Of a DNA stretch of 64,000 nt, positions 1 to 8,285 are shown piece after piece. This DNA comes from Escherichia phage vB_vPM_PD06, in the sequence record NC_052653.1. One strand, 5' to 3'. Position 1 is the stretch's first letter. Each line of letters begins with the position of its first letter. The notes under the pieces are model-generated. The model saw only the letters and a program-made list of their open reading frames with translations, did not search any database and was not told where the DNA came from. The position numbers and the translations under genes are program-made.

Positions 1-99
1 CAACAAATAGGATAACTATGGGGGCAATAGTATGAAAAACCATCTATTCAGATGTAAATAATTTTGCGCAATAATGGTAATATTTTTCTTGACAAGAAA

Positions 100-140
100 G
101 ATTTCTTTGTGTTCACATAGCGCCCCCTGGAAGGTGGCGC
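100..140 (+). repeat. Inverted-orientation copy of the conserved box+hairpin element
   Basis: TTCACATAG box at 112-120 followed by GCGCC...GGCGC hairpin 120-140; same motif as the elements between leftward genes but reading on the + strand. Confidence 0.3.
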
Positions 141-1011
141 ATTATGATCATCAGGGTAATTATTCACTATGTTTATTATTGGATAGCTTATATTATAGCC
201 AATGTTCCAAACATTAGCTAATAATAACGCACCGCAACAATGTAAGGGAATACAATATACCATGTATATTGTTGCGCTTGCAATTGTTGCAAGCTACATA
301 AGCACAGATAATAACTATCGGTGATGGTTATTATGTGGGGTGTGTAGTTGCGTTATTATTAGCCGCCTATGTGTCCGGCATAGGCTGCTAATGATACGCT
401 TGCGAATTATATTTCTTGTTATAATTATTGTATGAAATGATTATTTAGGTAATAGATAGTAAGGTAAAGATTAGATCATAAATAGATAGGATATTAATTA
501 TTTAGTAATGTTACTAACAATTTAATAGTTACTTTGTGCAACAATTCGATAGATTATAGTTATAGTTTTAAAGGTTAGATAGATTATATTTAGCTTGGTA
601 ATGATTTATATTAGTTATTGTTGTTTAATATAAGGTTATCAATGAGATAATAACAGTAAGTTATAAATAAAAGTGAGATAATTAGCTTTAATTTAGTTAG
701 ATAGCTTATTATTTTATATGTTAGATGGCCTTAAGTTAAGAATGATTATCATTATTACATTATTCAGTTTATTGCATAAATAATCAGCTATAAATCAGAA
801 TGATTATTATTTAAGAGGAAAGAGAAGAAAAAGGCTGTTTTTGCCAGATAGTTGCATGAAGAAATTAAAAATAAGCGGTCTAAAACACGCTGTAAGCGCC
901 TTATGATCTTCATGGTATGGTTATTCATCTGCTCCTTGATTAGCTCGATACCGCGATCTATTCACTTTTTCGGTGAACGTTTTTGATAGGTAAAAGATAT
1001 CATCTTTATTG

Positions 1012-1042
1012 AGGTAAAAAGAAAGGGCGCTTATTGCGCCCT
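1012..1042 (-). terminator. Intrinsic terminator ending the leftward early-like array
   Basis: Hairpin AGGGCGC-TTATT-GCGCCCT at 1024-1042 with A-run on + (U-run on - strand) just downstream of the stop at 1058; identical hairpin recurs at 7470-7488. Confidence 0.5.
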
Positions 1043-1057
1043 TGTGTGAAATGTTAT

Positions 1058-1441
1058 TTACTTATAAGCCGGATCGTTTGTTATATCAAGCCAATGAGCT
1101 AAATTAATTTTATTTTTTGCTTTCATTTTCTCGATCAAACGTTCGGCTAATGTTTCTGAACGAATATAAACATAATCGCTAAAATCTTGCCCGGTTTCCT
1201 CGTCGATCATCTCGCGATATTCAATTTTCCCGATAAACGCATGATTCAGCGCATAAGTTTTACCCGTGTACCAGTTGTGCAAATGAATCTCACATTTATA
1301 ATCGTCGCTATAACCTTCGGTTGTTCTAACTTCAACCAAGTCACCTTTGAACACGGATAAGCACCACATAGGATCACGATCTACAGCGCCATTAAAATCT
1401 TTACCGTTTACAGTAGCCGCCAGGTTGATGATATTGCTCAT
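1058..1441 (-). CDS. Hypothetical protein (127 aa)
   Basis: Six-frame ORF; last gene of compact leftward array. Confidence 0.6.
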   Translation of the reverse strand: MSNIINLAATVNGKDFNGAVDRDPMWCLSVFKGDLVEVRTTEGYSDDYKCEIHLHNWYTGKTYALNHAFIGKIEYREMIDEETGQDFSDYVYIRSETLAERLIEKMKAKNKINLAHWLDITNDPAYK

Positions 1442-1474
1442 GGAGATTCCTCGTTTACCGTTTAAAATTGCTTG

Positions 1475-1501
1475 CCCTACACGATAACTATAAATTAACA
1501 G
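1475..1501 (-). repeat. Box-only copy of conserved intergenic element (no hairpin)
   Basis: CCCTACACGATAACTATAAATTAACAG resembles the box CCCTATGTGATAAACTATACCAG of the element at 8907-8947. Confidence 0.3.
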
Positions 1502-1516
1502 AGGCTATAAAGCAAG

Positions 1517-1825
1517 TTATTTTTCATAGAATTTTTCTACTGTGATATTCTTCCCGGTGGGATTAGCTACTTTCAAAATTTTATCATGTACTGGACGCCC
1601 AAAAGAATAAGATCCGTATACAGTAAACCAATAATCACCGTCAGGCTGTACTATCACCGCTGCATAAGGTACGCCTTTTTCGTTATTGCTGACAGAATAG
1701 ATCACATTGCCGTTAATAGCCTCAGCGCGTTTAATTTGTTCGATCATGATATGATTCCTATATTGAGCGGGAAACCACTTCCCGCCTACGTGATAAATAA
1801 TAGTGTAAGCGTGATCCGGTGTCAA
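1517..1825 (-). CDS. Hypothetical protein (102 aa)
   Basis: Six-frame ORF in leftward array. Confidence 0.6.
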   Translation of the reverse strand: MTPDHAYTIIYHVGGKWFPAQYRNHIMIEQIKRAEAINGNVIYSVSNNEKGVPYAAVIVQPDGDYWFTVYGSYSFGRPVHDKILKVANPTGKNITVEKFYEK

Positions 1826-1961
1826 TAGGTAGAATTGTAAAGATTTGATAGTTTATACCTTTGATGTTTTGTCGTTTGATAGGTATTAGCTATCAATATA
1901 TAGCGGGGTCTTCCGGTGATTACCTCCCCCCGTCACCAGGTGCCGCCCGTTCAATAAGCAT

Positions 1962-1990
1962 AACAAAAAACAGGACAAAAACAAGCCCTG
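1962..1990 (-). terminator. Putative intrinsic terminator (weak stem)
   Basis: CAGGAC...GCCCTG stem at 1971-1990 followed on - strand by T-run (plus-strand AACAAAAAA). Confidence 0.3.
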
Positions 1991-2001
1991 TTTTGTAAAG
2001 A

Positions 2002-2205
2002 TTAGATGATCTGCATATCCTCCATGATAATTTCTAATTTCCAAACAAGATGATCTAAGCTCCCTGATAAAAATGATTCCGATACATAACCGCCATCGGA
2101 CACCGTAGCAAGGATCTCGCCATTTGCTTGCTCTTTGATTTGAACATCCAGGCGGTTAGCCTTTGCTTTATTCAGGACGGCGATCAGGCGGTTAGCTGTA
2201 GTCAT
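2002..2205 (-). CDS. Hypothetical protein (67 aa)
   Basis: Six-frame ORF; box+hairpin element immediately upstream. Confidence 0.5.
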   Translation of the reverse strand: MTTANRLIAVLNKAKANRLDVQIKEQANGEILATVSDGGYVSESFLSGSLDHLVWKLEIIMEDMQII

Positions 2206-2227
2206 GGTGTTTTCCTTCCAGTTGTGA

Positions 2228-2264
2228 GCGGCACCATTGCCGCCCTACGTGATACATCTTACAC
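2228..2264 (-). repeat. Conserved box+hairpin intergenic element
   Basis: Hairpin GCGGCA-CCAT-TGCCGC then box CCTACGTGATACATCTTACACT; on - strand reads TAAGATGTATCACGTAGGGCGGCA. Confidence 0.6.
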
Positions 2265-2289
2265 TATCCGATACATTGTGCAAGCTATT

Positions 2290-2481
2290 TTAGATCTCGT
2301 CACCTATATAATCAGATCTATTCTTTTCTGTCATACGCTTAAGCAATTTTTGCATATGGCTTATGGCTTGCAATGTATCTTCTTCCAGGCTTGAATCGAG
2401 ATAATCAGGATCATTCTTTACCTTGCTATGATTGTGATACCGCAACGCTGCTAATACCTTTCTAACTTGTTCTGCATTCAT
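2290..2481 (-). CDS. Hypothetical protein (63 aa)
   Basis: Six-frame ORF in leftward array. Confidence 0.5.
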   Translation of the reverse strand: MNAEQVRKVLAALRYHNHSKVKNDPDYLDSSLEEDTLQAISHMQKLLKRMTEKNRSDYIGDEI

Positions 2482-2630
2482 TTTTATTACTCCTTAAAAC
2501 CAGGTGCCAACCGTTTCCAATAGGTCACTGACTACCAGGACAACATTAATCAGCACATATTCAACCAGGAAGGGAATAAGCGCCAGCGTTGCTACTACGA
2601 TCCCCATTGTGATGATTACCTTTCTCATGG

Positions 2631-2915
2631 TTAGCGGTTTACCTGGGCTTTACCGTTTACGGTCATCGGTATGGCCTCAAGGTCTGGATCTTCCTTAAGG
2701 TCGCGTGCAAGCTCACCGCACCGGACACCCTCGAATCCGTAGTACTCTGTTGTGCCGTCCTGGAAAGTTTTAGCGGCAAGGCATAGGCGATAATTAACGC
2801 CGATCCGGTTTATTGCGTTGATATCGGTTAGCGTGATGGATTCTGGCAACTCATTAGCCAGTACAGGCGCGTTAATACCAACAACCAGGGCAACTACTGC
2901 GATCATCTTTTTCAT
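2631..2915 (-). CDS. Hypothetical secreted protein (94 aa)
   Basis: N-terminus MKKMIAVVALVVGINAPVLA looks like a signal peptide. Confidence 0.6.
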   Translation of the reverse strand: MKKMIAVVALVVGINAPVLANELPESITLTDINAINRIGVNYRLCLAAKTFQDGTTEYYGFEGVRCGELARDLKEDPDLEAIPMTVNGKAQVNR

Positions 2916-2944
2916 GCGTCTATCCTCTTCCTATTGCGTTTAAT

Positions 2945-2960
2945 GGGGCGTTACCGCCCC
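2945..2960 (-). repeat. GC-rich intergenic hairpin (element family, hairpin only)
   Basis: GGGGCG-TTAC-CGCCCC. Confidence 0.45.
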
Positions 2961-2969
2961 GCTTATGGT

Positions 2970-3206
2970 TTATTGATTGATGTTATGATGAAAGTTATTT
3001 TCTTCAATAGCTTTTAAAATAAAAGCCGTGATCGCTTTCGTATCTACTTGTTCGAACGTATCAGAATAAGCCCAATAATAATCATCCCCTACTTTCGGCG
3101 GGTAAACCTGGACAAGGAGATCGCCACCTGGTTGATCTATAAGCTCAACATGCAAGCCGGATGATTCAGCGGTTTTAACGGCGTTTAATACTGTTGCAAT
3201 ACTCAT
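2970..3206 (-). CDS. Hypothetical protein (78 aa)
   Basis: Six-frame ORF. Confidence 0.55.
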   Translation of the reverse strand: MSIATVLNAVKTAESSGLHVELIDQPGGDLLVQVYPPKVGDDYYWAYSDTFEQVDTKAITAFILKAIEENNFHHNINQ

Positions 3207-3226
3207 AATCTTTTCCTTTCTGATGT

Positions 3227-3242
3227 GGGGCGTTGCCGCCCC
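3227..3242 (-). repeat. GC-rich intergenic hairpin (element family, hairpin only)
   Basis: GGGGCG-TTGC-CGCCCC. Confidence 0.45.
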
Positions 3243-3250
3243 TTTGTTGA

Positions 3251-3550
3251 TTAGATCGCTGTTTCCAGTAGTTCGGCTAACGTCTTACCGCCTGATAGTT
3301 GGTCTAACGTTTGCTCTTCTGGCAAGAAATTAGCTGATATTAAACCGACTTGATTCCCTTTGTGCCAGTTAGCCTGGCGGATGATTCCATCCTTTAAAGA
3401 TTTTACCGCCATTGTGCAACCGTCGCCAAATGATTCATTTTTATGATCCATTACTTCATAAGCGCCCAGCTTGCTGCTGTTAGGCACCATTAACGCGAAT
3501 ACATCACCAACAACCAGTTTTTCTACGGTAACAATAGCGATAGTTTCCAT
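3251..3550 (-). CDS. Hypothetical protein (99 aa)
   Basis: Six-frame ORF. Confidence 0.6.
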   Translation of the reverse strand: METIAIVTVEKLVVGDVFALMVPNSSKLGAYEVMDHKNESFGDGCTMAVKSLKDGIIRQANWHKGNQVGLISANFLPEEQTLDQLSGGKTLAELLETAI

Positions 3551-3568
3551 TTTACTTTCCTCATTATC

Positions 3569-3607
3569 GGCGGCACCATTGCCGCCCTACGTGGTAAATA
3601 TTAGCAC
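3569..3607 (-). repeat. Conserved box+hairpin intergenic element
   Basis: GGCGGCA-CCA-TTGCCGCC then CTACGTGGTAAATATTAGCAC. Confidence 0.6.
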
Positions 3608-3631
3608 ACTGGCGATCTGTGTCAATACTTT

Positions 3632-4018
3632 TTATTCAATATAAATCAAATTATCTTCACCAATGTAAGCCGACACGTTCGGCATAAACTTAGCTGCATT
3701 GGTTAGGCGGTTCGCCGTGTTAGTGGTGTATATTTCAGGGCGATCCCAAAAGCCTACGCCGTGACCGTTACGGGTAAAATGTAAATCATTCCCGATCTGG
3801 TTGGCTGTTGCGCCGTCGCTCATTGCCTCAGAGATAGCGGCAAGATTAGCATTAATAAAGGCTGTTACATCCTGGGCGATCCGTTCGTCCGCGCTAGGAG
3901 AAAAATCATAATCGTCTAAGTTTTCAATAAAATTACCTTCATGATCCCTTGCTGATTCAGCAAAAATAAAGGCTTCTTTATAACCGTTGATGATTTCAAT
4001 AATCATTTCTGTTTTCAT
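3632..4018 (-). CDS. Hypothetical protein (about 128 aa; start uncertain, track ORF extends to 4105)
   Basis: Internal ATG at 4018 (MKTEMIIEI) preferred because the longer N-terminal extension overlaps a separate small ORF. Confidence 0.5.
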   Translation of the reverse strand: MKTEMIIEIINGYKEAFIFAESARDHEGNFIENLDDYDFSPSADERIAQDVTAFINANLAAISEAMSDGATANQIGNDLHFTRNGHGVGFWDRPEIYTTNTANRLTNAAKFMPNVSAYIGEDNLIYIE

Positions 4019-4067
4019 GCTGTACGCTCGACAATAATAATAGTTTGCGGGATCTCGTTTTCTACTA

Positions 4068-4229
4068 CTAACAAGGCTTTTTCTGTGTGATAGATATTTT
4101 AACACGTTGTAAAGTAGCGGTAAAATCTTTCATTTCATTATGCGCGGATTTAGTACAATGCCAGATCTCAGGTTTACCAATTTGCAAGCCGCGTAAAAAT
4201 TCCGTTTTACCTGTCTTATTCGTGATCAT
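4068..4229 (-). CDS. Small hypothetical protein (53 aa; not in ORF track)
   Basis: ATG at 4229 preceded by AAGGTG RBS; hand translation MITNKTGKTEFLRGLQ... has no internal stop. Confidence 0.3.
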   Translation of the reverse strand: MITNKTGKTEFLRGLQIGKPEIWHCTKSAHNEMKDFTATLQRVKISITQKKPC

Positions 4230-4239
4230 TTGTTTCACC

Positions 4240-4344
4240 TTAGCCGATACCGTGGGAAGATAGGATCATATTAGCCATAGTTGCAACCATTCCAACCGAT
4301 AATGCCATGCCAACTACTACAACCGTGAAAATTTTTTCTAACAT
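4240..4344 (-). CDS. Small hydrophobic peptide (34 aa)
   Basis: Track ORF 4240-4440 overlaps the element; internal ATG at 4344 has GAGGATGG RBS; MLEKIFTVVVVGMALSVGMVATMANMILSSHGIG is one predicted TM helix. Confidence 0.35.
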   Translation of the reverse strand: MLEKIFTVVVVGMALSVGMVATMANMILSSHGIG

Positions 4345-4362
4345 GATTCCATCCTCATTAAT

Positions 4363-4406
4363 GGGCGTTGCCTTATTGCCCCGCCCTATGTCGTACACTT
4401 TACCAG
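4363..4406 (-). repeat. Conserved box+hairpin intergenic element
   Basis: GGGCG...CGCCC hairpin then CTATGTCGTACACTTTACCAG. Confidence 0.55.
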
Positions 4407-4507
4407 ATCCGCGCCTGGTGTCAACAATTATTTTGTACATTCTGAGATTGTCAAGGTTTTTGATAAAACAACAGAATTGAGAGTTTTTCCCATCTTCTGA
4501 TCCTCTG

Positions 4508-4771
4508 TTAGCATACGATAGCGATCACGCCGCCACAAATAAAAGGTAAATCAAAACGGTCTAACTTGCAAGCTATTTTTAAACGAAAGGCAACATAAAA
4601 GAAAAGTTGCAAACAATCGATCATTGTGTTAGCTGTTGAAACGCTGCCAGCATTAAACACCACCACGCCCACGGCGTTAAACGTTGCGTTACTCACGAAA
4701 GCGAAAAGGCAAGCGATCACGGTGGCGATCATAATGTTGCGTTTTGTCAATCTGTAAATGATGTTTTTCAT
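4508..4771 (-). CDS. Hypothetical membrane protein (87 aa)
   Basis: Six-frame ORF; hydrophobic segments. Confidence 0.55.
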   Translation of the reverse strand: MKNIIYRLTKRNIMIATVIACLFAFVSNATFNAVGVVVFNAGSVSTANTMIDCLQLFFYVAFRLKIACKLDRFDLPFICGGVIAIVC

Positions 4772-4782
4772 TCTGTCATGTT

Positions 4783-4820
4783 GGCGGCATCATTGCCGCC
4801 CTACGAAATACATTCTACCC
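4783..4820 (-). repeat. Conserved box+hairpin intergenic element
   Basis: GGCGGCA-TCA-TTGCCGCC then CTACGAAATACATTCTACCC. Confidence 0.6.
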
Positions 4821-4840
4821 GATTTATAATTGTTGTCAAA

Positions 4841-5110
4841 CTATTTTTTCAAGCTCGACCAGTCAAAACACGGGGCGATCTCGTTAAAACTTGTGCCCTG
4901 TAAAGCACATAATTTTTTAGCAATAGCCGCCGTAACCTGGCGCTGTACGCGCGGATCTGCTACTGATTGGAGAAAGTAGGCGGTTTTATATGTGATCATG
5001 CTTTCGCCTGTTTCCTTGTTAACGTGATGCACTATTTTAGCCTTATCATCTTTTACCAGGGTGTAACCGGATTCGATGGCCTTGATTGCAACGTCCAATG
5101 ATATTTTCAT
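4841..5110 (-). CDS. Hypothetical protein (89 aa)
   Basis: Six-frame ORF. Confidence 0.6.
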   Translation of the reverse strand: MKISLDVAIKAIESGYTLVKDDKAKIVHHVNKETGESMITYKTAYFLQSVADPRVQRQVTAAIAKKLCALQGTSFNEIAPCFDWSSLKK

Positions 5111-5129
5111 GATTTACCTCTTTATTGAC

Positions 5130-5150
5130 GGCGGGGAATACTCCCCCGCC
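5130..5150 (-). repeat. GC-rich intergenic hairpin (element family)
   Basis: GGCGGGG-AATACT-CCCCCGCC. Confidence 0.45.
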
Positions 5151-5157
5151 TCATTAA

Positions 5158-5328
5158 TTATTCTTCATCGTCGCCGTTATAGTATTCAATGCCATTTTCA
5201 TCGGTTACGGTGATGTTAACACCACCGATAGTAACACGATCACGGGCAAATGTCATGGCTTCATTTAAATCTTCAGACCAAAAAATATTGTGACCTTTGC
5301 GCGATACGTAAAACATAGTCGGGATCAT
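5158..5328 (-). CDS. Small hypothetical protein (56 aa; not in ORF track)
   Basis: Hand translation MIPTMFYVSRKGHNIFW...NGDDEE with no internal stop; ATG at 5328 after AAAAGAGAAACAAATC; fills an otherwise empty gap. Confidence 0.4.
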   Translation of the reverse strand: MIPTMFYVSRKGHNIFWSEDLNEAMTFARDRVTIGGVNITVTDENGIEYYNGDDEE

Positions 5329-5351
5329 GATTTGTTTCTCTTTTGTTGTGA

Positions 5352-5393
5352 GCGGGAAACCATTTCCCGCCCTATGTGGTAAACTTTACTACG
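5352..5393 (-). repeat. Conserved box+hairpin intergenic element
   Basis: GCGGGAAA-CCA-TTTCCCGC then CCTATGTGGTAAACTTTACTAC. Confidence 0.65.
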
Positions 5394-5412
5394 TTGTTTG
5401 CGTGCTGTCAAA

Positions 5413-5697
5413 TTATTTTTTAATGTTTTGCCCTACAAAATTGATCACTTCCTTAAGCTGTCTCTCTGTCATGATCGTACCTGGTAACTCTTCTTTAATT
5501 TCTTCCGGTAAATAGATATTACCGCGCCAGGTTAACAAACAACCGTTTTGATCTTCGCAGATAGAATAAGAAAACATCCACTCGCAATCATTTTCAAGCT
5601 CCCAAAAACACAAAAAGTCTTCTTTCCCTAAGTTTTCAACGGTTAAACATAATCCGCGACGTGCTGCATAATTAGTTAGGCTTTTTGTGATTTTCAT
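5413..5697 (-). CDS. Hypothetical protein (94 aa)
   Basis: Six-frame ORF. Confidence 0.6.
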   Translation of the reverse strand: MKITKSLTNYAARRGLCLTVENLGKEDFLCFWELENDCEWMFSYSICEDQNGCLLTWRGNIYLPEEIKEELPGTIMTERQLKEVINFVGQNIKK

Positions 5698-5718
5698 GAT
5701 TTTTCTCTCTTCTGTTAG

Positions 5719-5761
5719 GCGGGGAAACCATTTCCCCGCTCTATGAGATACAATATATTAC
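5719..5761 (-). repeat. Conserved box+hairpin intergenic element
   Basis: GCGGGGAAA-CCA-TTTCCCCGC then TCTATGAGATACAATATATTAC. Confidence 0.65.
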
Positions 5762-5780
5762 TTATCAGGTGTGCTGTCAA

Positions 5781-6104
5781 TCAATAATCTTTAAGATTTT
5801 CTACATTTACAAAAGGGCGTTTATTTTCTAAGTTTTCGCCGTACCATTGCCCCATGTTGATTTCTGCGGTGCGCAACCAGGACATGCCGCGTTCTATCTT
5901 TTTGCTCGCAATGTCGATCCGGCTTTTGCATAGTGCTTTCGCTTGCAATGTAAAAACACTATTGCCCTGTAATGCTTCCAGGTCATCATGTGCAAGGCGG
6001 TATTCTTTAAAGCCTGATTCTATCATTTCAATCGCATCAAGGAAACGCGCACGATGATAGAAAAAATCAGAGTTATCCAAATAAACACCGATCACAGATT
6101 TCAT
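5781..6104 (-). CDS. Hypothetical protein (107 aa; start moved to internal ATG)
   Basis: ATG at 6104 (MKSVIGVYL) preceded by AAAAGGG RBS. Confidence 0.55.
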   Translation of the reverse strand: MKSVIGVYLDNSDFFYHRARFLDAIEMIESGFKEYRLAHDDLEALQGNSVFTLQAKALCKSRIDIASKKIERGMSWLRTAEINMGQWYGENLENKRPFVNVENLKDY

Positions 6105-6204
6105 AATTTTACCCTTTTGTTTGCGGCCTTTGCCGTTTTCAAGATATAGTTTAAAGCATAACAAAAAATTATCAAGCCTTTAAAGCGTACAACTATAAAA
6201 CCTA

Positions 6205-6324
6205 TTAAAACACAATGTATAATAACATGGCTATAGTAGCAATACAACATAAAACCATGCTTGTTTTCCTTCCTTCCTCATATGCTGGATTTATTACGCT
6301 ATACTGTACGGGAATAATTTTCAT
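6205..6324 (-). CDS. Small membrane peptide (39 aa; not in ORF track)
   Basis: ATG at 6324 after TTAAGGAAACAGC RBS; hydrophobic C-terminus CCIATIAMLLYIVF. Confidence 0.35.
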   Translation of the reverse strand: MKIIPVQYSVINPAYEEGRKTSMVLCCIATIAMLLYIVF

Positions 6325-6333
6325 GCTGTTTCC

Positions 6334-6429
6334 TTAATGTCTTAAAACGTGGTTTACAATAGAAACAAGCATACAGAAGAAAAAAGATCCTGTCAATAAG
6401 ATACCGAAAAATAAATGTAAATAGGGCAT
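6334..6429 (-). CDS. Small membrane peptide (31 aa; not in ORF track)
   Basis: ATG at 6429 after TTTAAGGAGTAAAACC RBS; MPYLHLFFGILLTGSFFFCMLVSIVNHVLRH. Confidence 0.35.
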   Translation of the reverse strand: MPYLHLFFGILLTGSFFFCMLVSIVNHVLRH

Positions 6430-6433
6430 GGTT

Positions 6434-6736
6434 TTACTCCTTAAAAAAATCATTGACAATTAAACTGATAACGCCCAGCACCAGATCACCAGGTAGCGCC
6501 GCGCTTTCGTTGTTGCTTGTTTGCACTTCCTCACTAGTACCCGCATGATAGATCGCATGGTAAGCAATAGTATAATAACCTTTCGTTATTTCTTTAAGAT
6601 TAATGATTAGCACGTTATTTGTTTCATCTTGAAACAATTTAGCGGTGATAGTATTGTTTTCTTTTACACTATCGACTTTTATTGATGGATCATTTACACC
6701 AGAAAAAAGAAAAAACGTTTTAGCTATGCCGTTCAT
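6434..6736 (-). CDS. Hypothetical protein (100 aa)
   Basis: Six-frame ORF. Confidence 0.6.
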   Translation of the reverse strand: MNGIAKTFFLFSGVNDPSIKVDSVKENNTITAKLFQDETNNVLIINLKEITKGYYTIAYHAIYHAGTSEEVQTSNNESAALPGDLVLGVISLIVNDFFKE

Positions 6737-6783
6737 GTAGTTCTCCTTTGTTGGGTGTATCTTATAACGTGCTTTCTATATTG

Positions 6784-7185
6784 TCAACCTTTTATCTCGG
6801 TACATTTTGCTAGGGTATACGTTGCAAGTGCTGACACTAGTTTTTCATTGCTACGATCTGCGGCGGTGCTGTGTACCTTTTGAATACTTTTTAGCCACGG
6901 CGTAAAATTTTGAGTCGTTAGCACACTGGTAATAATTTCACATGGTACATCTTCATTTAAGCCATTAACAATAGATTTATCTATTTTTGCCGTTAATTGT
7001 GTAACAGCACCATAAGCGATCATGTGTGAATCCTCCATGATTTCATCGGGGATCGCGTTATTAATGATCATGACGTTTTCCATTGCATCAACGGCGCTTA
7101 ATTCTGCTACTGTGGAGGATATCGCCGCGCTAGATGTTCCAACCATGCCAAAAGAGATTAAACCAGCGATCAATAATTTTTTCAT
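6784..7185 (-). CDS. Hypothetical secreted protein (133 aa)
   Basis: Start MKKLLIAGLISFGMVGTSSAA (signal-peptide-like) with GAGG RBS. Confidence 0.6.
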   Translation of the reverse strand: MKKLLIAGLISFGMVGTSSAAISSTVAELSAVDAMENVMIINNAIPDEIMEDSHMIAYGAVTQLTAKIDKSIVNGLNEDVPCEIITSVLTTQNFTPWLKSIQKVHSTAADRSNEKLVSALATYTLAKCTEIKG

Positions 7186-7193
7186 TTCTTGCC

Positions 7194-7376
7194 TCATATA
7201 TGTTTTATTGAGATTATATTGTCACTATATACAACGTTTTTCAACGTGTCAATAAAAATTTTATTGCCTTCAATCCCCAGGATCACGCCGCTAGTTATGA
7301 AACCATATTGATCACGATATCGGGCGCATAACCTTTGTCCCTGGGCTAGTGCCTTGCTTATTTCGTCTAATTTCAT
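7194..7376 (-). CDS. Hypothetical protein (60 aa)
   Basis: ATG after ACAGGAGC RBS. Confidence 0.55.
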   Translation of the reverse strand: MKLDEISKALAQGQRLCARYRDQYGFITSGVILGIEGNKIFIDTLKNVVYSDNIISIKHI

Positions 7377-7465
7377 TTTTAAAGCTCCTGTAAAGCTGTC
7401 TAACGTGGTTTATAGGCTTATCCTGGCGTTACCCTTGCCTATAAGCAACAAGCCTCTATATAAGC

Positions 7466-7494
7466 TAAAAGGGCGCTTATTGCGCCCTTTTTGT
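7466..7494 (-). terminator. Intrinsic terminator (bidirectional in form)
   Basis: AGGGCGC-TTATT-GCGCCCT hairpin 7470-7488 flanked by A-run and T-run; same hairpin sequence as at 1024-1042. Confidence 0.5.
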
Positions 7495-7631
7495 TATTCG
7501 TTCCAGTATCTTTTGCTGCTGCGATCTCTTTTTGTTTTGTTCCGCTTATCGCCTTTCTTGGTGATCTCTTCGTTCCAATCTTTACGCGCTTTATTGCGGT
7601 TGAATTTTTCGATCTGCTGTGATGCGTTCAT
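7494..7631 (-). CDS. Small basic protein (45 aa; not in ORF track)
   Basis: ATG at 7631 after GAGAGGAAAAAC RBS; MNASQQIEKFNRNKARKDWNEEITKKGDKRNKTKRDRSSKRYWNE. Confidence 0.4.
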   Translation of the reverse strand: MNASQQIEKFNRNKARKDWNEEITKKGDKRNKTKRDRSSKRYWNE

Positions 7632-7645
7632 GTTTTTCCTCTCGA

Positions 7646-8005
7646 TTACGCTACGTTATGATATTTTGCCAAAGTTACGATCATGCTTGCAATATATAAC
7701 CAATAATTTTCCCGCTCACGGGTAACGGTTGTTTCTTTGCTTGTTTCTTTTATGTACTTCCATTCAATTAATAATTGATCGATCTCGTTATAATTAAAAG
7801 CGATATTGATATCTGACGGTAAACCTTGTAACCAGCTTTTAACAGCTTGTACCATATTGTTATTATAACGATCACGATTAGATTGATACCAGTATTCAGA
7901 GTTAAAACGGCGCATCAGTTCGGTGATTTTTTCTTTTTCGGTTGTAGTACCATCAAAAGAAATAGCCGACAAAATGTAAGTTTTAATTGCTTTTACTGAT
8001 TTCAT
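7646..8005 (-). CDS. Hypothetical protein (119 aa)
   Basis: Six-frame ORF. Confidence 0.6.
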   Translation of the reverse strand: MKSVKAIKTYILSAISFDGTTTEKEKITELMRRFNSEYWYQSNRDRYNNNMVQAVKSWLQGLPSDINIAFNYNEIDQLLIEWKYIKETSKETTVTRERENYWLYIASMIVTLAKYHNVA

Positions 8006-8025
8006 AATCTTATCTCTTTATTGAT

Positions 8026-8046
8026 GGCGGGAAACCATTTCCCGCC
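8026..8046 (-). repeat. GC-rich intergenic hairpin (element family)
   Basis: GGCGGGAAA-CCA-TTTCCCGCC, same hairpin as at 5352 and 8907. Confidence 0.55.
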
Positions 8047-8091
8047 GTTGTTGTTACTTTACTTATAAATGATGCTACTGTCAAGCGGATA

Positions 8092-8262
8092 TTATTTATT
8101 TTTTAACGTTAATGTTCCCAGCTTATCAGCGTGACGCAGACCAGGAAAGATCCATTTTCCTGATTCATCTTTCACCGGGGCTTTAAGCGTAGCGCCCAGG
8201 TTGGCGGCGTTAACTTTACGTGCAACGTTGCGAGCGGCTTCACGGGTGGCGAAAGTGATCAT
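8092..8262 (-). CDS. Small hypothetical protein (56 aa; not in ORF track)
   Basis: Hand translation MITFATREAARNVARKVNAANLGATLKAPVKDESGKWIFPGLRHADKLGTLTLKNK; RBS AAGAGAAGAGGAAA. Confidence 0.4.
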   Translation of the reverse strand: MITFATREAARNVARKVNAANLGATLKAPVKDESGKWIFPGLRHADKLGTLTLKNK

Positions 8263-8285
8263 GATGTTTCCTCTTCTCTTTGTTA

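Noticed and set aside
48-263. 71-aa ORF on - strand at the left edge
   Set aside because: Sits in the AT-rich repeat region, has no RBS, and overlaps an inverted box+hairpin copy; more likely non-coding.
3632-4105. Long track start codons for ORFs 3632-4105, 4240-4440, 5781-6164, 8353-8616, 8975-9271, 10860-11279
   Set aside because: The N-terminal extensions run through the conserved intergenic elements and lack RBS; internal ATG starts with RBS chosen instead (some uncertainty remains).
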